Shown: piece by piece, positions 1 to 12,430 of the stretch | Layout: the number at the start of each line of letters is the position of its first letter | Position numbering within the stretch: position 1 is the stretch's first letter | Assembly (NCBI RefSeq): GCF_963921235.1 | Contig: NC_086105.1 | Location: 122,760,001-122,824,000 of the forward strand | Origin: Mobula hypostoma | Lineage: Eukaryota | Length of the DNA: 64,000 bases | Direction: 5' to 3' | Program-made: the position numbers and the translations under genes | The notes under the pieces: model-generated | What the model saw: the letters and a program-made list of their open reading frames with translations, nothing else | Told to the model about the DNA's origin: nothing | Databases searched by the model: none

Positions 1-181
1 GAGCTTTTGATAGCAGGTGAAGAGCTTGACTAAAATCACATTCAACTAGGTAAGAGGTGTGTGTGGAGCTGGTGCAGCTGGACGTCTGCAGGGTGTGAAT
101 GGTGACACCTACATGATCAAGCAGGAGCAGATAACGATTGATATGCTGCATTCCCTACACACACTGGCTAAGCTGTATATA

Positions 182-3050
182 CTGTGCCTATAAAAATTAT
201 TCACCCCCCCGGAAATTTTCATGTTTTATCGTTTTATCATATTGAATCACAGTGGATTTAACTTGGCTTTTTGGACACTGATCAACAGAAGAAGCCTTGT
301 TCATGTCAAAGTGAAACAGATCTCTACAAAGTGATCTAAATTAATTCCAAATATAAAACAAAATTATTGATTGCGTAAGTATTCACACTCCCCCCCCCCC
401 TTTAATATAACACACCAAATCATCACTGGTGCAGCCGGCTGGTTTTAGAAGTCAGATAAATTAGTTAAGTGGAGATCTGTTTTTGGAGACGTGTGTAGCC
501 AATGTTTATCAATTGACTGTAGTAAAAATACACCTGTATCTGGAAGGTCCAACCACTGGTGAATCAGTATCCTGACAAAAACTACACCATGAAGACAAAA
601 GAACACTCCAAGCAACTCCACAAAAAGGTTATTGAAAAGCACAAGTCAGGAGATGGATACAAGAAAATTTCCAAGTCACTGAATAACCCTTGGAGTACAG
701 TTAAGTCAACTACCAAGAAATGGAAAGAATATGTCACAGCTGTAAATCTACCTGGAGCAAACCATCCTCAAAACTGAGTGAAGGTGCAAGGGAACTAGTG
801 AGGGAGGCCACAAAGAGACCCAAAACAACTCTAGAGTTACAAGCTTCGGTGGCTGAAATGGGAGAGAGTACACATACAACAACTGTTGCCTGGGTGCTTC
901 ACCAGTTGCAGCTTTATGGGAGAGAGGCAAAATGAAAGCCACTTTTGAAAAGTTCATCCTCAGAAAACTAAAAAAAAATGGGGGATTAGCCCTACCCAAT
1001 TTTAGGTTTTACTACTGGGCAGTCAACATACGCTACCTTACGTTTTGGTTATACTATATTAATCGTGAAGACTGTCCGGTTTGGGTTTCTTCAGAAGTTA
1101 ATTCTGTTAATAAATTTTCTATTATTTCTCTTCTTGGTTCTTCAATTCCTCTATCCTTAAGTAATTTAACTTATAATTATGTAGTTAAACATTCTTTGAG
1201 GATTTGGTTTCAATTTAGAAAATTCTTTGCGTTATTTGGTTTTTAACTCTCTAGTCCCATTTTTTCCAATTATTTTTTTAAACCTTCTTTGACTGATGTA
1301 GTTTTTAAAGAGTGGAATAGACTAGGTATTAAATGTTTTCAGGATCTGTTTGTTGGAGATAGTCTTTCCTCATTTGAACAATTATCTATTAAATATAATC
1401 TTCGTAAAGCTCACTTCTTTAGATATTTACAAATTAGAGACTTCTTGCATTCTCAACTTCATACATTTCCTAAATGTACAGATAAGAATTTAATTGATAC
1501 AATTTTTACTCTGAAACCTTTTCATAATGGATCTATTTCTAATATTTATAATATGTTGTTGGCAATGAGAAACATTCCAGTAGACAAAATTAAAAACCTC
1601 TGGGAACAAGACTTACAGATTTCAATTGATGAGGATACTTGGAATGAAATTTTTAAACTTGTTCACACCTCTTCATTGTGTGCGCGTCACTCTCTCTTAC
1701 AATTTAAAGTGGTTTATAGAGCCTACATGACTGAAGATAAGCTCTCCCGTTTTTACTGAGATTTTTCTCCATACTGTAATAGGTGTAATGTTGATGAGGC
1801 CTCTCTAATTCATATGTCTTGGTCCTGCCCGCGGCTTGATAAATTTTGGAAAAAAGTATTTCAAACTTTCTCGGAGCTTTTTAAAGTAAACTTTAAACCC
1901 AACCCTCTGACTGCCTTGTTTGGCATTGTTGGAGGAAATGATTTTACTGTTAAGTTGAATGATTTGCATATTTTGGCTTTTATTTCTCTTTTAGCCTGAA
2001 GAGTTTTGTTGCTCGAATGGAAAGATGCTGCTCCGCCTGCTCTTGCCCATTGGTTGATTGATGTTATGTCATGTTTAAATCTAGAGAAGATTAGGTGTTC
2101 TATTTCTATACCTAGACAAGATTTTTTCACATTATGGGGACTTTTTTGGAACTACTTTCACAATTTTCGATTTGTTCAGCAATGATGATGGCTATTATAT
2201 GTTTGAATTTATGACTATATGTCAGAGATTTTTTTTTCTTTTCTTTTAACCAAACAGCTGTTTTTTTTCTACTTTTTTTTGTTATGGGGTTTTGATTTTG
2301 CTTTAGATTAGAATAAAATGTACCTTTTCAATATTATGGTTAATTTACTATACATAGATATGGGGCATTTCAATCTTGTTTCTGTTTCCATACTATCATA
2401 ATGTATTTTCATTTCGTCTATGCAAGTAATTAATAAAAAAAATTGAAAAAGAAAAAGCAAGAAAAACTCAAATGAAATCTCAACTAGAGTTTCCCAGAAG
2501 GCTTGTGGGAGACTCTGAAGTCATCTGGAAGATGATTCTCTGGTCTGATGGAACCAAAATTGAGCCTTTTGGCCATTAGACTAAATGCTATCTTTGGCAT
2601 AAGCAAAACACCGCACATCATCAAAAACACACCATCCCTACCATAAAGTATGGTGGTGGCTGCATCATGCTGTGGGAATGCTTCATTGCAGCAGGCCCTG
2701 GAAAGCTTGTGAAGTTACAGGGTAAAATAAATGCAACAAAATGAAGGGAAATCATGGAGGAAAACCTGATACTGTCTGCAAGAGAACTGCGACTTGGGAG
2801 AAGATCTGTTTTCCAGCAAGACAATGACCCAAAGCAAAAAGCCAGAACTATAGAGGAATGTCTTAAAAACAACGAAGTTAATGTCCTGGAGTGGCCAAAT
2901 CAGAGTCCAGACCTCAATCCGGTTGAGAATTTGTGGCTGGATATAAAAAGGGATGTTCAGTCACAATCCCCATGCAATCTGACAGAGCTTGAGCAGTTTT
3001 GTAAAGAATTGGGAAAAATTGCAGTGTCCATATGTGCAATTATCAAGATG
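182..3050 (+). mobile_element. Tc1/mariner DNA transposon, decayed, 3'-truncated, interrupted by an L1 fragment
   Basis: TA then CTGTGCCTATAAAAATTATTCACCCCC terminus with an internal direct repeat (AAGTATTCAC, about 378). Transposase pieces: MKTKEHSKQL..GYKKISK (HTH), WSDGTKIE, FQQDNDPKQ, SPDLNPVENLW (DDE). Frameshifts and stops present; no right TIR seen. Confidence 0.9.
951..2460 (+). mobile_element. 5'-truncated L1-clade LINE (ORF2 C-terminus plus 3' UTR) inserted in the Tc1 transposase
   Basis: GGLALPNFRFYYWA, FFRYLQIRDF, HMSWSCP motifs; AATAAA and A-rich tail at about 2431-2460; Tc1 coding sequence resumes immediately after. Confidence 0.88.
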
Positions 3051-3056
3051 TCCAGA

Positions 3057-3100
3057 TATACATACATACATACGCACACACACAGACACACACACCCACC
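3057..3100. repeat. (TACA)n/(CA)n microsatellite
   Basis: Seen directly, at the Tc1 truncation point. Confidence 0.8.
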
Positions 3101-6100
3101 CACCCCCTGAATGGGCCACATTGAAAACCACTGATCTAAATACGCAATCACAGGTAAACAACGTTATTTGATGCCATTATGAAAAGTGTAGTAGAGAAAA
3201 AATTATAAAGGATTATCTATAGACAAAGAAAATGACTGACATACACCCATAAGGACCAGAATATCTCTGAAAATTTCAAAACCAAACCCCTAAAGATTCT
3301 ATAATATCATGCAGTTGCTATAATATCATCTACCAATAGCTGTCATCATTTCACATTGTAACTCTTAGTGAAGTGAGTCTTGGGAAAAGCACAATACTCA
3401 AAGCACAGAATATTTTTATACTTTTTCAGTGATACATTGGACAATAAATAATTAAATTTAAAATTCATGATATTAAACTTGGATCAATCCAGTGACCTAG
3501 TAATTAAAGTTGAAGAGAGTTTCATTAAAGAATACATTTTCTCATATATACAAGTTAATCAGAACCTAGTTAATGCAACCGTTAATTTTGAATATTTCAA
3601 TCATGTTATTTTATTGTCAACACAGAACTTCACTAAGATGACTATTAACCTAAATCAAGAGGCAAATATACAGTTATGGAGGGTAAACATGTTTAAGTAG
3701 CCCCAGAAACTTTTTATGGATGTAAATTATGAAAGTAGGCAGACAAGATCTGAATAATTTATGGGTGCTATTTCATATTTGAATAATAGAATTGGAAGTA
3801 TTGGAAATATTATAAAGTTCAGCAATTTGCTATAAAGAGTCAAACATCTGAAACATTAACTGTACCTTTCCATGAGAGTGAACACTACCTGACTTGGAGT
3901 TTTTAGTGAATAGGCTGCATCAGTCAAAAAGTTGGTATATCATAAAATAATAGATTTACTGAATGGTTAGAGCACTGAAGCAGGCCATTTGATACTTTGT
4001 GACCAATTCAGCCCTAAGCATGAACAATCCAGTTATTTCACGACTGTGCCTTTCCCTCTTAGTTTTTCAGAAATGTATTCAGCCCAATTTTTGAATATTA
4101 CATTAAATCAGTTTTGATTACCATCTCAGAGGTGCACACTAGGCTTTAACTGCTCATGAACCATATGCTCCTAGAAATGTTTATGCTCTTCTGTAAGGTA
4201 AATCACGGGCCTGGATTTTGCCAGTAAACTCCAGGGTTCTGAAAAGAGCTGTTGGTATTTACCATTTTAAAAGGCTGTATTTTGGGAGTTCGATGCATGC
4301 ATGGCCAGATCTGTAAGTGCAGAATTACCTAAAATTACATTCCCCAGTGGGATTCCCAAATGAGTGCAGTGACAGAGCCAAAGTTGTTTTTTTTTAAAAA
4401 AGAGATTATCCAATAGTTATTGGCTTTCAGATCCTGTGCCAAGCTGGACCTATGGCAGAATCCGCATCAAATGATACTACTAAAAATTGTAGCGATGCAG
4501 TGAAAAATGGAATCGGAAGAAATCTCTTATTTCGATGCTTTTTCTTTTAACATCTTGAATTATTTGTAATTGTTTCAGTATCTTGCAAAATAATTTAAGA
4601 ATTTAAAAGTTAATTTCAATATCCTAATTTTGTTGTCAAATGTTTGCTAAAATTTTAGATAATCATAGAGGAGCTGAATTGCGCTATATTGGAGTGAAAT
4701 CTCAACCAAATGTCTAATAATTCTTTGCAGGTATATTATTACTGTTTTCAACTATTTTTTCAGATTAGTTACATTTACTAGACATCAGAGAGAACAGAAG
4801 AATAAATTACAAGAATAAATGCGCACTGCCTTTTCATTCTTTACATTCTTAGTCAATGCTATCAGTACTGTTCTGTTACATTCCTTCATATCAATAGCAC
4901 TGCTGCCACTCATGTGGCCTACAATAATCAAGGGGCTTTCAACAGAAGAAAACAGAAGCAATAGCCACTTAGCTGCACAAGTGTGTCCTGCTATTCAATA
5001 CAATCACAGCTGATCTGCTTCAGGTCTTACAGCCTTACACTGTACTGTATGTGCTGGTTCCCCATAATCTCCAGCTCCCTTTTAAAAATATCCACATTAA
5101 ATATCCTCAATGATCTATCCACAACACTCCAGGGTAGAGAACTCCAGAGATTCACCACCCATCTGGAAAAGTTTCTACACAGTTCAGTTTTAAATGACTA
5201 CTCCTCAAAACTTTTAACTATTCACTCATTTGAGATTCTCCGAAAAGGACAAGATTCTCATAAGAGGGCATCTATCCTATGGTGCCTGCTGAGAGTCCTA
5301 CATATTTCGGTAAGATAACTCCTCTTATTCTTGGGAGGGGAATTGCAACAATCCTTTTTCATCTGTGGTTATGAAAAGACTTGTATCATAGCTATAGATA
5401 ATAATTACAACACCAACACTTATTTGCCCCAAGGTTAACAGAACACACACAAAATGTTGGAGAAACTCAGGCAACATCAATGAAGAGGAATGAACAGTCA
5501 ACATTTTGTGCTGAGACCCTTCATGAGGACTGGAAAGAAAGGGAGTAGAAGTCAAAAATAGCAAAGTGGGGTAAGAGGAAGAGCACAAGCTGGCAGGAAA
5601 TTGGTGCATGCAGGTGAAGTGGGGGGGGAGGTGGGTGGGAGAGGAGGATGAAAGGCAATAATGTGACAAACTAGGAGGTGACAGGTGGAAGATATAAAGG
5701 GCTGAAGAATCTGAAATCAGAGGACAGCAGAACATGGAATAAAGAGAATGAGGCAGGAAACCAGAGGGATGTGATGAGCAAGTCAAACGGGTGGAGAGGG
5801 GAAGAGAAAGGATGAGTGGAAATAAGGGAGACAAAGGTGGGAAGGGGAAACAGAGGGGAGTGGCTATCAGAAGTTAGAGAAACCAATGTTCGTGCCATCA
5901 TGGTTATGGAGATTACCAAGATGGAACATGAGGCATTGCTCCTCCAACCTGCATCTGACCGCACTGTGGTAGTAGAGGTAGTTTTGGACAAACGTGTCAA
6001 TGTGGGAATGGGAAGTGCAATTGAAATGGGTGGTTTCCGGGAGATCCAAGTTGTTCTGGTAGACAAAGCAAAAGTGTCTATGAAGTGTCCCTCAATTTGC

Positions 6101-6130
6101 ATCGGATCTCACTGACGTAGAGGAAGCCAC

Positions 6131-8388
6131 AATGGCCGTTTGGTCAAAGTAAATTGGAAGGAGATGCTAGCAGGGATGACAGTACAGCAGTAATGGCGCG
6201 AGTTTCTAGGAAAAATGAGGAAGGTGCAAAATAGATGCATTCCAAAATCAAAGAAATACTCAAATGGCAAGATAGTACAACGGTGTCTGACAAGGGAACT
6301 CAAAGCTAATGTAAAAGCAAAAGAGAGGGCATACAACAAAGCAAAAAATAGTGGGAAGACAGGATTGGGAAGCTTTTAAAACTCTACAGAGAGCAACTAA
6401 AAGGATCATTAGGAGGGAAAAGGTGAAATATGAGATCAAGCTAGCAAATATCAAAGTGGATAGTAAAAGCTTTTTCAAGTATGTAAAAAATAAAAGAGTG
6501 ATGAAAGTGGATATAGGGCTGCTAGAAAAAGAGGCCAGAGAAATAATAATGGGGGCCAAGGAGATGGCAGATGAAGTAAATGTGTATTTTGCATCAGTCT
6601 TCACTGTGGAAGATACTAGCAGTGTGCCAGATGTTGAAGGGTGTGCGGGCAGAGAAGAGAGTGCAGTTACTATTACAAGGGAGAAGGGGATCAAAAAGCT
6701 GAAAGACCCAAGGGTACAGAAGTCACCTAGGCCAGATGAACTGTACCCTAGAGTTCTGAAAGAAGCAGCGGTAGAGATTGTGAATGTATTAGTAATGACT
6801 TTTCAAAAATCTTTGGACTCTGGCATAGTGCCCGAGGACTGGAAAATTGCATGTCACTCCACTCTCTAAGAAAAGAGGAAGGCAGCATAAAGGAAATTAT
6901 AGACCAATTAGTTTGACCTCAGTGGTTGGGAAGATATTGGAGTCAATTGTTATGTTGAAGTTATGGAGTACTTGGTGACACAGGACAAGATAGGACAAAG
7001 TCAGCATGGTTTCTTTAAGGGAAAATCTTGTCTGATGAACTTATTGGAATTCTTTGAGGAGATTACAAGTAGGATAGATAAAGGGGATGCAGTGGATGTT
7101 GTATATTTGGACAAGGTGCCTCACATGAAGCTGTTTACCAAGTTGAGAGCCCATGGCATTACAGGAAAGTTACTGGCATAGTTAGAGCATTGGCTGATTG
7201 GTAGGAGGCAGTGAGTGGGAATAAAAGGATCCTTTTCTGGTTGGCTGTCAGTGATAAGTGGTGTTCTACAGGGGTCAGTATTGGGACCGCTTCTCTTTAT
7301 GCTGTTTATCAATGATTTAGATGATGGAATGGATGGCTTTGTTGCCAATTTTGCAGATGATACGAAGATTGGTGGAGGGGCAGGTAGTGTTGAGGAAACA
7401 GGTAGGCTGCAGAAGGACTTACAGGTTAGGAGAATGGACAAGAGAGTGGCAAATGAAATACAATATTGGAAAATACATGGTCATGCACTCTGTTAGTAGA
7501 AATAAATGTGCAGACTGTTTTCTAAATGGGGAGAAAATCCAAAAATCTGAGATGCAAAGGGACTTGGGAGTCCTTGTGCAGAACACTCTAAATGTTAACT
7601 TGCAGGTAGAGTTGGTGGTGAGGAAGGTAAACGTAATGTTAGCATTCATTTCAAGAGGTGAGAATACAAGAGCAGGGATGTGATGCTGAGGTTTTATAAG
7701 GCACTGGTGAGGCCTCACCTTGAGTATTGCGAACAGTTTTGGGCTCTTCATATAAGCAAAGATGTGCGGGCATTCTTAAGAACATAAGAAATAGGAGCAG
7801 GAGTAGGCTATCTGGTCCATCAAGCCTGCTCCGCCATTCAATAAGATCATGGCTGATCTAGCCATGGACTCATCTCTATCAACCTGCCTTTTCTCCATAA
7901 CCTTTAATTCCCCAATATGTAAAAATCTATCTAACCTTATCTTAAATATATTTACTGATTTAGCCTCCACTGCTTCAGAGGTTCACATGGATGATTCCAG
8001 GAATGAAAGGGTTATCATACAAAGAATGTTTGATAGCTCTGGGTCTGCACTCACTGGAATTTAGAAGGATGAGGGGAGGATCACATTTAAACCTTTTGAA
8101 TGCTGAAATGCAGAGACAGGGTAGATGTGGAAAGGATGTTTCCCATGGTGGGGAAGTCTAGGAGAAGAGAGTACAGCCTCAGGATAGAGGGACATCCATT
8201 TAAAACAGAGGTGCGGGAAATTTCTTTAGTCAGAGGGTGGTGAATTTGTGGAATTTATTACACAGGCAGTTGTGGAGGCCAGGTCATTGGATGTATTTAA
8301 GGTAGCACTGACAGGTTAGATCAGCCATGATTGAATAGCGGAGCAGACTCAATGGGCCAAATGGACTAATTCTGCTCCTGAGTCTTAC
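6131..8388 (+). mobile_element. CR1-clade LINE, 5'-truncated, decayed RT
   Basis: SGIVPEDWKIA, QHGFFKGKSC, GVLQGSVLGPLLF, FADDTKIGG motifs, followed by a CR1-type 3' end. Confidence 0.92.
7777..7975 (-). mobile_element. Short CR1-type 3'-end fragment nested antisense inside the CR1
   Basis: Reverse complement ends in ..CTGCTCCTATTTCTTATGTTCTT and resembles 8280-8388; it interrupts the host CR1 reading frame. Confidence 0.75.
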
Positions 8389-9118
8389 GGGAGCACTGGA
8401 TCTAACAAATAACACTGGCAGAATCGCAGGTAAAACACTACCTCACCTGGAAGGACTGTTTAGGCCCCTGAATAATAGAGATGGAGGGGAAAGGACAGGT
8501 GTAGCACTTAGCACAGAGATAAGTGCCAGGAAGGAGGTTGGTGGGGAAGGAGGAGCGGACAAGGGAGTCATGGAGAGCGCGATCCCTGAGAGAATGGAAG
8601 GGGGAGAAAGGAAGATGTGCCTGGTGGTGGGGTCCTATTGTAGACGGTAGAAGTTGTGGGGAATGATGTGTTAGATGCAGAGGCCCATGGGCTGGTAGGT
8701 GAGGATGAGGGGAACCCTATCCCTGTTATTGTTGGGGCGGGGGAAATGAAGTAAGCACAGATGAGCAGAAAATGGTGAAGATACAGTTGAGGGTAGCACG
8801 AAAATTGGTGGAAAGGAGACCCTGTTGACTGGAAAAAAAAGAGGACATCTCTGATGTCCAGGAATGGAAAGCTTCATCATGAGGATAGACGTGGTGGAAG
8901 TGGAGGATCTGAAAGAATGGAATTGCCTCAGGTTTCCTGATTAGAATTCTGATTAATTTTCAGCACTAACATTCATCTTTTGTTTTCTTTTTCATAGCTA
9001 TCATGAGGAGAAATCTTTCTCCAGTTTAAGTATCTTGATTCTGATCAAAGTTAGGGTCAAAGCAACACTCACAACATGGTGGAGGAACTCAGCAGGTCGG
9101 GCAGCATCCGTGGAACGA

Positions 9119-9158
9119 TCAGTCAATGTTTCGGGCCAGAACCCTTCGTCAGGACTGA
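9119..9158 (-). ncRNA. Minimal type-I hammerhead motif in a PLE terminus
   Basis: Minus strand reads TCAGTC-CTGACGA-A-GGGTTCTGGCCC-GAAA-CAT-T-GACTGA: 6-bp stem I and intact core, but helix III is no longer palindromic. Confidence 0.7.
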
Positions 9159-9696
9159 AGAGGGAAGGGGTAGAGGCTCTATCAAGGGTCAACTGTTTTG
9201 AGCCCACTTGTTAACATAACACTCTGTGTGAAGATTTTCATCTTAATAGGTTCATTTAATTCAACTTACAAGTACCTCCTAAACCAAGAAATTTGATCTT
9301 CTTTTTAGCAATGCATGTTTTGATGATAAATACAGTAGTCAGAAGTTGTCATATCAAACCCAAAATAACTCGGTAGGATATCAACATTACCAACATACTT
9401 TTATAGTAATATTTTACTGCTTTCAAGATTTTCCAAAAAAGACCTAGTTAACTCTAATTTGGAACATTGCAAACTGTTAAAATAAGATTTTGCTTGGGGC
9501 TTTAATTATAAATTTCTCCCAGAAGCTGATTTGAACTGTAACATCTCTTCATGTAGCTCACTGTCACTTAACGGGACACAGATCTCATTTTACTATGTAT
9601 TGAGAATGACTCATCACTGGAAGAATTTGCAGTAACAAATACTGTGGAGATCGCCTTTGAAATGCGGCATTGTACTGAGCCTCTGCACACTTATAT

Positions 9697-11940
9697 GACA
9701 TGGTGGTGGCATCCATTAGTCTCGCGAGACCATGGATCTGCGCCTGGAAGGTCTTGCTTCAGTCTGTGTTAGAGCAGCATCTGTAGTGGCTGTACAGGCC
9801 CACACAGAGGTGACAGTCTCAGCTGCATCGACTGCACTTGAAGGCGCTGTCCTCCGGTGTTATCTTGGTGCTGATTTTCTGACGATTGCGCTTTTCTTCA
9901 GCAGCAAGCCTCAGCTTCTCTTCTCCTCTTTTTAGACCTCTGCATAGTCCAGCCTCCAGTGAGAGCGATCGCTTACGATGTCCTCCCACCTCTTGACGTT
10001 CATTTTCAGTGACTTCATGTCTCTCTTGCAAACGTCTTTAAAACGAAGATGGGGCCACCCTTGTGCTCTCTTGCCAGAGGCCAGTTCCCTGTACAGCAGG
10101 TCTTTCGGGATCTTCCCGTCTGACATGTGGTGTACGTGGCCCAGCCAGCGGAGATGGCGTTGTTGGAGCAGGGTGAAGAGGCTGGGTATCTGGGTGCAGG
10201 CCAGGACCTCATTGTTGGTGACTCGGTCAGTCCACATGATGTCCAGGATGCGTCTCAGGCTGCGAAGGTGGAAGGCATTAAGACGCTGCTCCTGTCTGTA
10301 GTAGAGGCTCCAGGTCTCACTGCCGTGAAGCAGTGTGCTGAGGATGCAGGCCCGGTAGACAGCAACTTTGGTGTGTGTCATCACCTTTCTGTTCTCCCAG
10401 ACTCTCCTTGTCAGCCTGGCAAATGTTGAGGCTGCTCGTCTGATCCGTCTGTTGATCTCGGGGTCTAGGGAGATGCTGTCCATGATGGTGGAGCCAAGGT
10501 ACGTAAACTCGTGAACTATCTCCAGCTCATAGTTGTTGATAGTAATGGCAGGGGGTACTCAATGCCTTGGCCCAACATATTGGTTTTCTTTAGGCTGATG
10601 GTCAAGCTGAAGTCCTGGCAGGCTCTTGAGAAGCTGTCCATGAGGTGTTGCAGTTGCTCTTCAGAGAAACGGGGCAAGACACAGGACTGGTTTGAAGTGA
10701 GCTGAAGTAAGCTCACCGCTGTCATCGAGGTGAAGCGTGTTGCACTACTAGAGCACAAACACCACCCCACCCAGGCAACACTGCAAGCGCTAAGGACAGC
10801 AAGAAGCAAGGCTCAGGACACAGCCAGACGCTGTGCAAATGACTACTGGCTACAACTATGCGAAAGCATTCAGTCATCATTTGACACAGGCAACATCCGT
10901 GGAGTGTACGAGGGGATCAAGAAAGCCATCGAGCCAACCCAGAGCAAGACAGCGCCATTGAAATCCATAACAGGGGAGACCATCAATAACAAAGGCAAGC
11001 AGATGGAGAGATGGGTGGAGCATTACTCTGAACTCTCCTCCAGAGAAAACAGCATCTCAGACAGTGCGCTGGACGCCGTGGAATGCCTGCCTGTCATGGA
11101 GGAACTTGATGCATTGCCGACTGCTGAAGAGCTGAGTAAAGCCATCGACAGCCTGCCCACTGGGAAGGCACCAGGACTGGATGGAGTTCCACCAGAGGCC
11201 ATCAAATGCGCAAAGGGCATCCTGCTAAACCACCTGCACGAACTACTGTGCCAGTGCTGGATAGAGGGAGCAGTGCCGCAAGACATGAGAAACTGCAACA
11301 TTGTCACCATATATAAGAACAAAGGGGACAGAAGCAACTGTAACAGCTACAGGGGAATCTCCTTGCTGAGCATCGTTGGGAAGGTCTTCACCCACGTGGT
11401 CCTGAACAGACTGCAGAAAATAGCCAAAAGGGTATATCCCGAGTCTCAGTGCAGTTTCAGGTCAGAATGCTCCACAATCGACATGATCTTCTCCCTTCGA
11501 CAGCTACAAGAGAAATGCAGAGAGAAAAGACAACCACTCTACATCACTTTCATTGACCTTACGAAGGCTTTTGACCTTGTGAGCAGAGACAGCCTATTCA
11601 AAATCCTCGCCGGGATTGGTCGTCCCCCGAGGCTCCTCAGGATAGTTCAGTCATTCCACACAGACATGAAGGGTGTCGTTCAGTTCAATGGCTCTTCTTC
11701 GGAGGCCTTCAACATCCGTAGCAGTGTGAAGCAAGGCTGTGTTCTGGCCCCCACCCTGTTTGGCATCTTCTTCGCAGTCATGCTGAAGCACGCCTTTGGA
11801 ACATCAACTGATGGTGTCTGCCTCCACACCAGATCAGACGGGAGGCTGTTCAGTCTGTCCCGGCTGAGGGCGAAAACCAAGGTTCGTGAAGTACTCATCA
11901 GGGACATGTTGTTTGCAGACGATGTGGCACTGGCAACGCA
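9697..11940 (-). mobile_element. RTE-clade LINE with 5' inversion (3' part on - strand 9697-10665; 5' part flipped to + strand 10666-11940)
   Basis: The + segment ends at MLFADDVALATH and the - segment begins at SEEQLQHLMDSF, which are contiguous in the RT. 12-bp TSD GCACACTTATAT at 9685-9696 and 11938-11949. Confidence 0.92.
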
Positions 11941-12430
11941 CACTTATATACACTATCAAATATCAGCATTATTGAGTAATGCAACCCATCAAAAAGCATT
12001 TGAGAATTAGTTGTATGAATAACTGTTACTTGAAGTGAACACCCATTCTCCACTCGGCTAATTTAAGCTAACAGCAACCATGCAAACAACATTTTAAAAG
12101 AATATTTAATCCAGAAATTTACTGTATTTATAAGAGGCTTTTAATAAATTAATGCTAATTTAATGTTATTTGTTTCTTTAAAACATAATAAATTTAAATT
12201 GCTAACTGTAGAAGGGTACTGTTTATTTAACATTCAAATACATGCGAAGGGAAATAATAATGAAATTTGAGATTATTGCTTAGAAAATCAAACCTTTTTG
12301 TCATTGGTCCTTTGCTAAAATTTTGATTGGGATGGAAATCCGGACTGGTGGATTGTTGTGAAAGATCCACGAGTTGAGGATCTGGGGTACAATGGTAGTG
12401 TGGGAAGCCCAAGGAGACCAGGAGGATAAC

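Larger units (their letters stand above)
5438..8925 (-). mobile_element. Penelope-like element (PLE) 3' portion, split by a CR1 insertion (pieces 5438-6130 and 8389-8925)
   Basis: Reverse complement resembles the PLE at 25.7-27.4 kb (NNNRDRVPLILTY, GIY-YIG region, terminus with degenerate hammerhead at 5495-5533). The sequence is continuous across the CR1. Confidence 0.8.

Noticed and set aside
12227-12412. Exon-like minus-strand ORFs near the Gypsy (also 18028-18318)
   Set aside because: No convincing splice-site pair or recognisable homology; cannot be linked to the PLAT gene.
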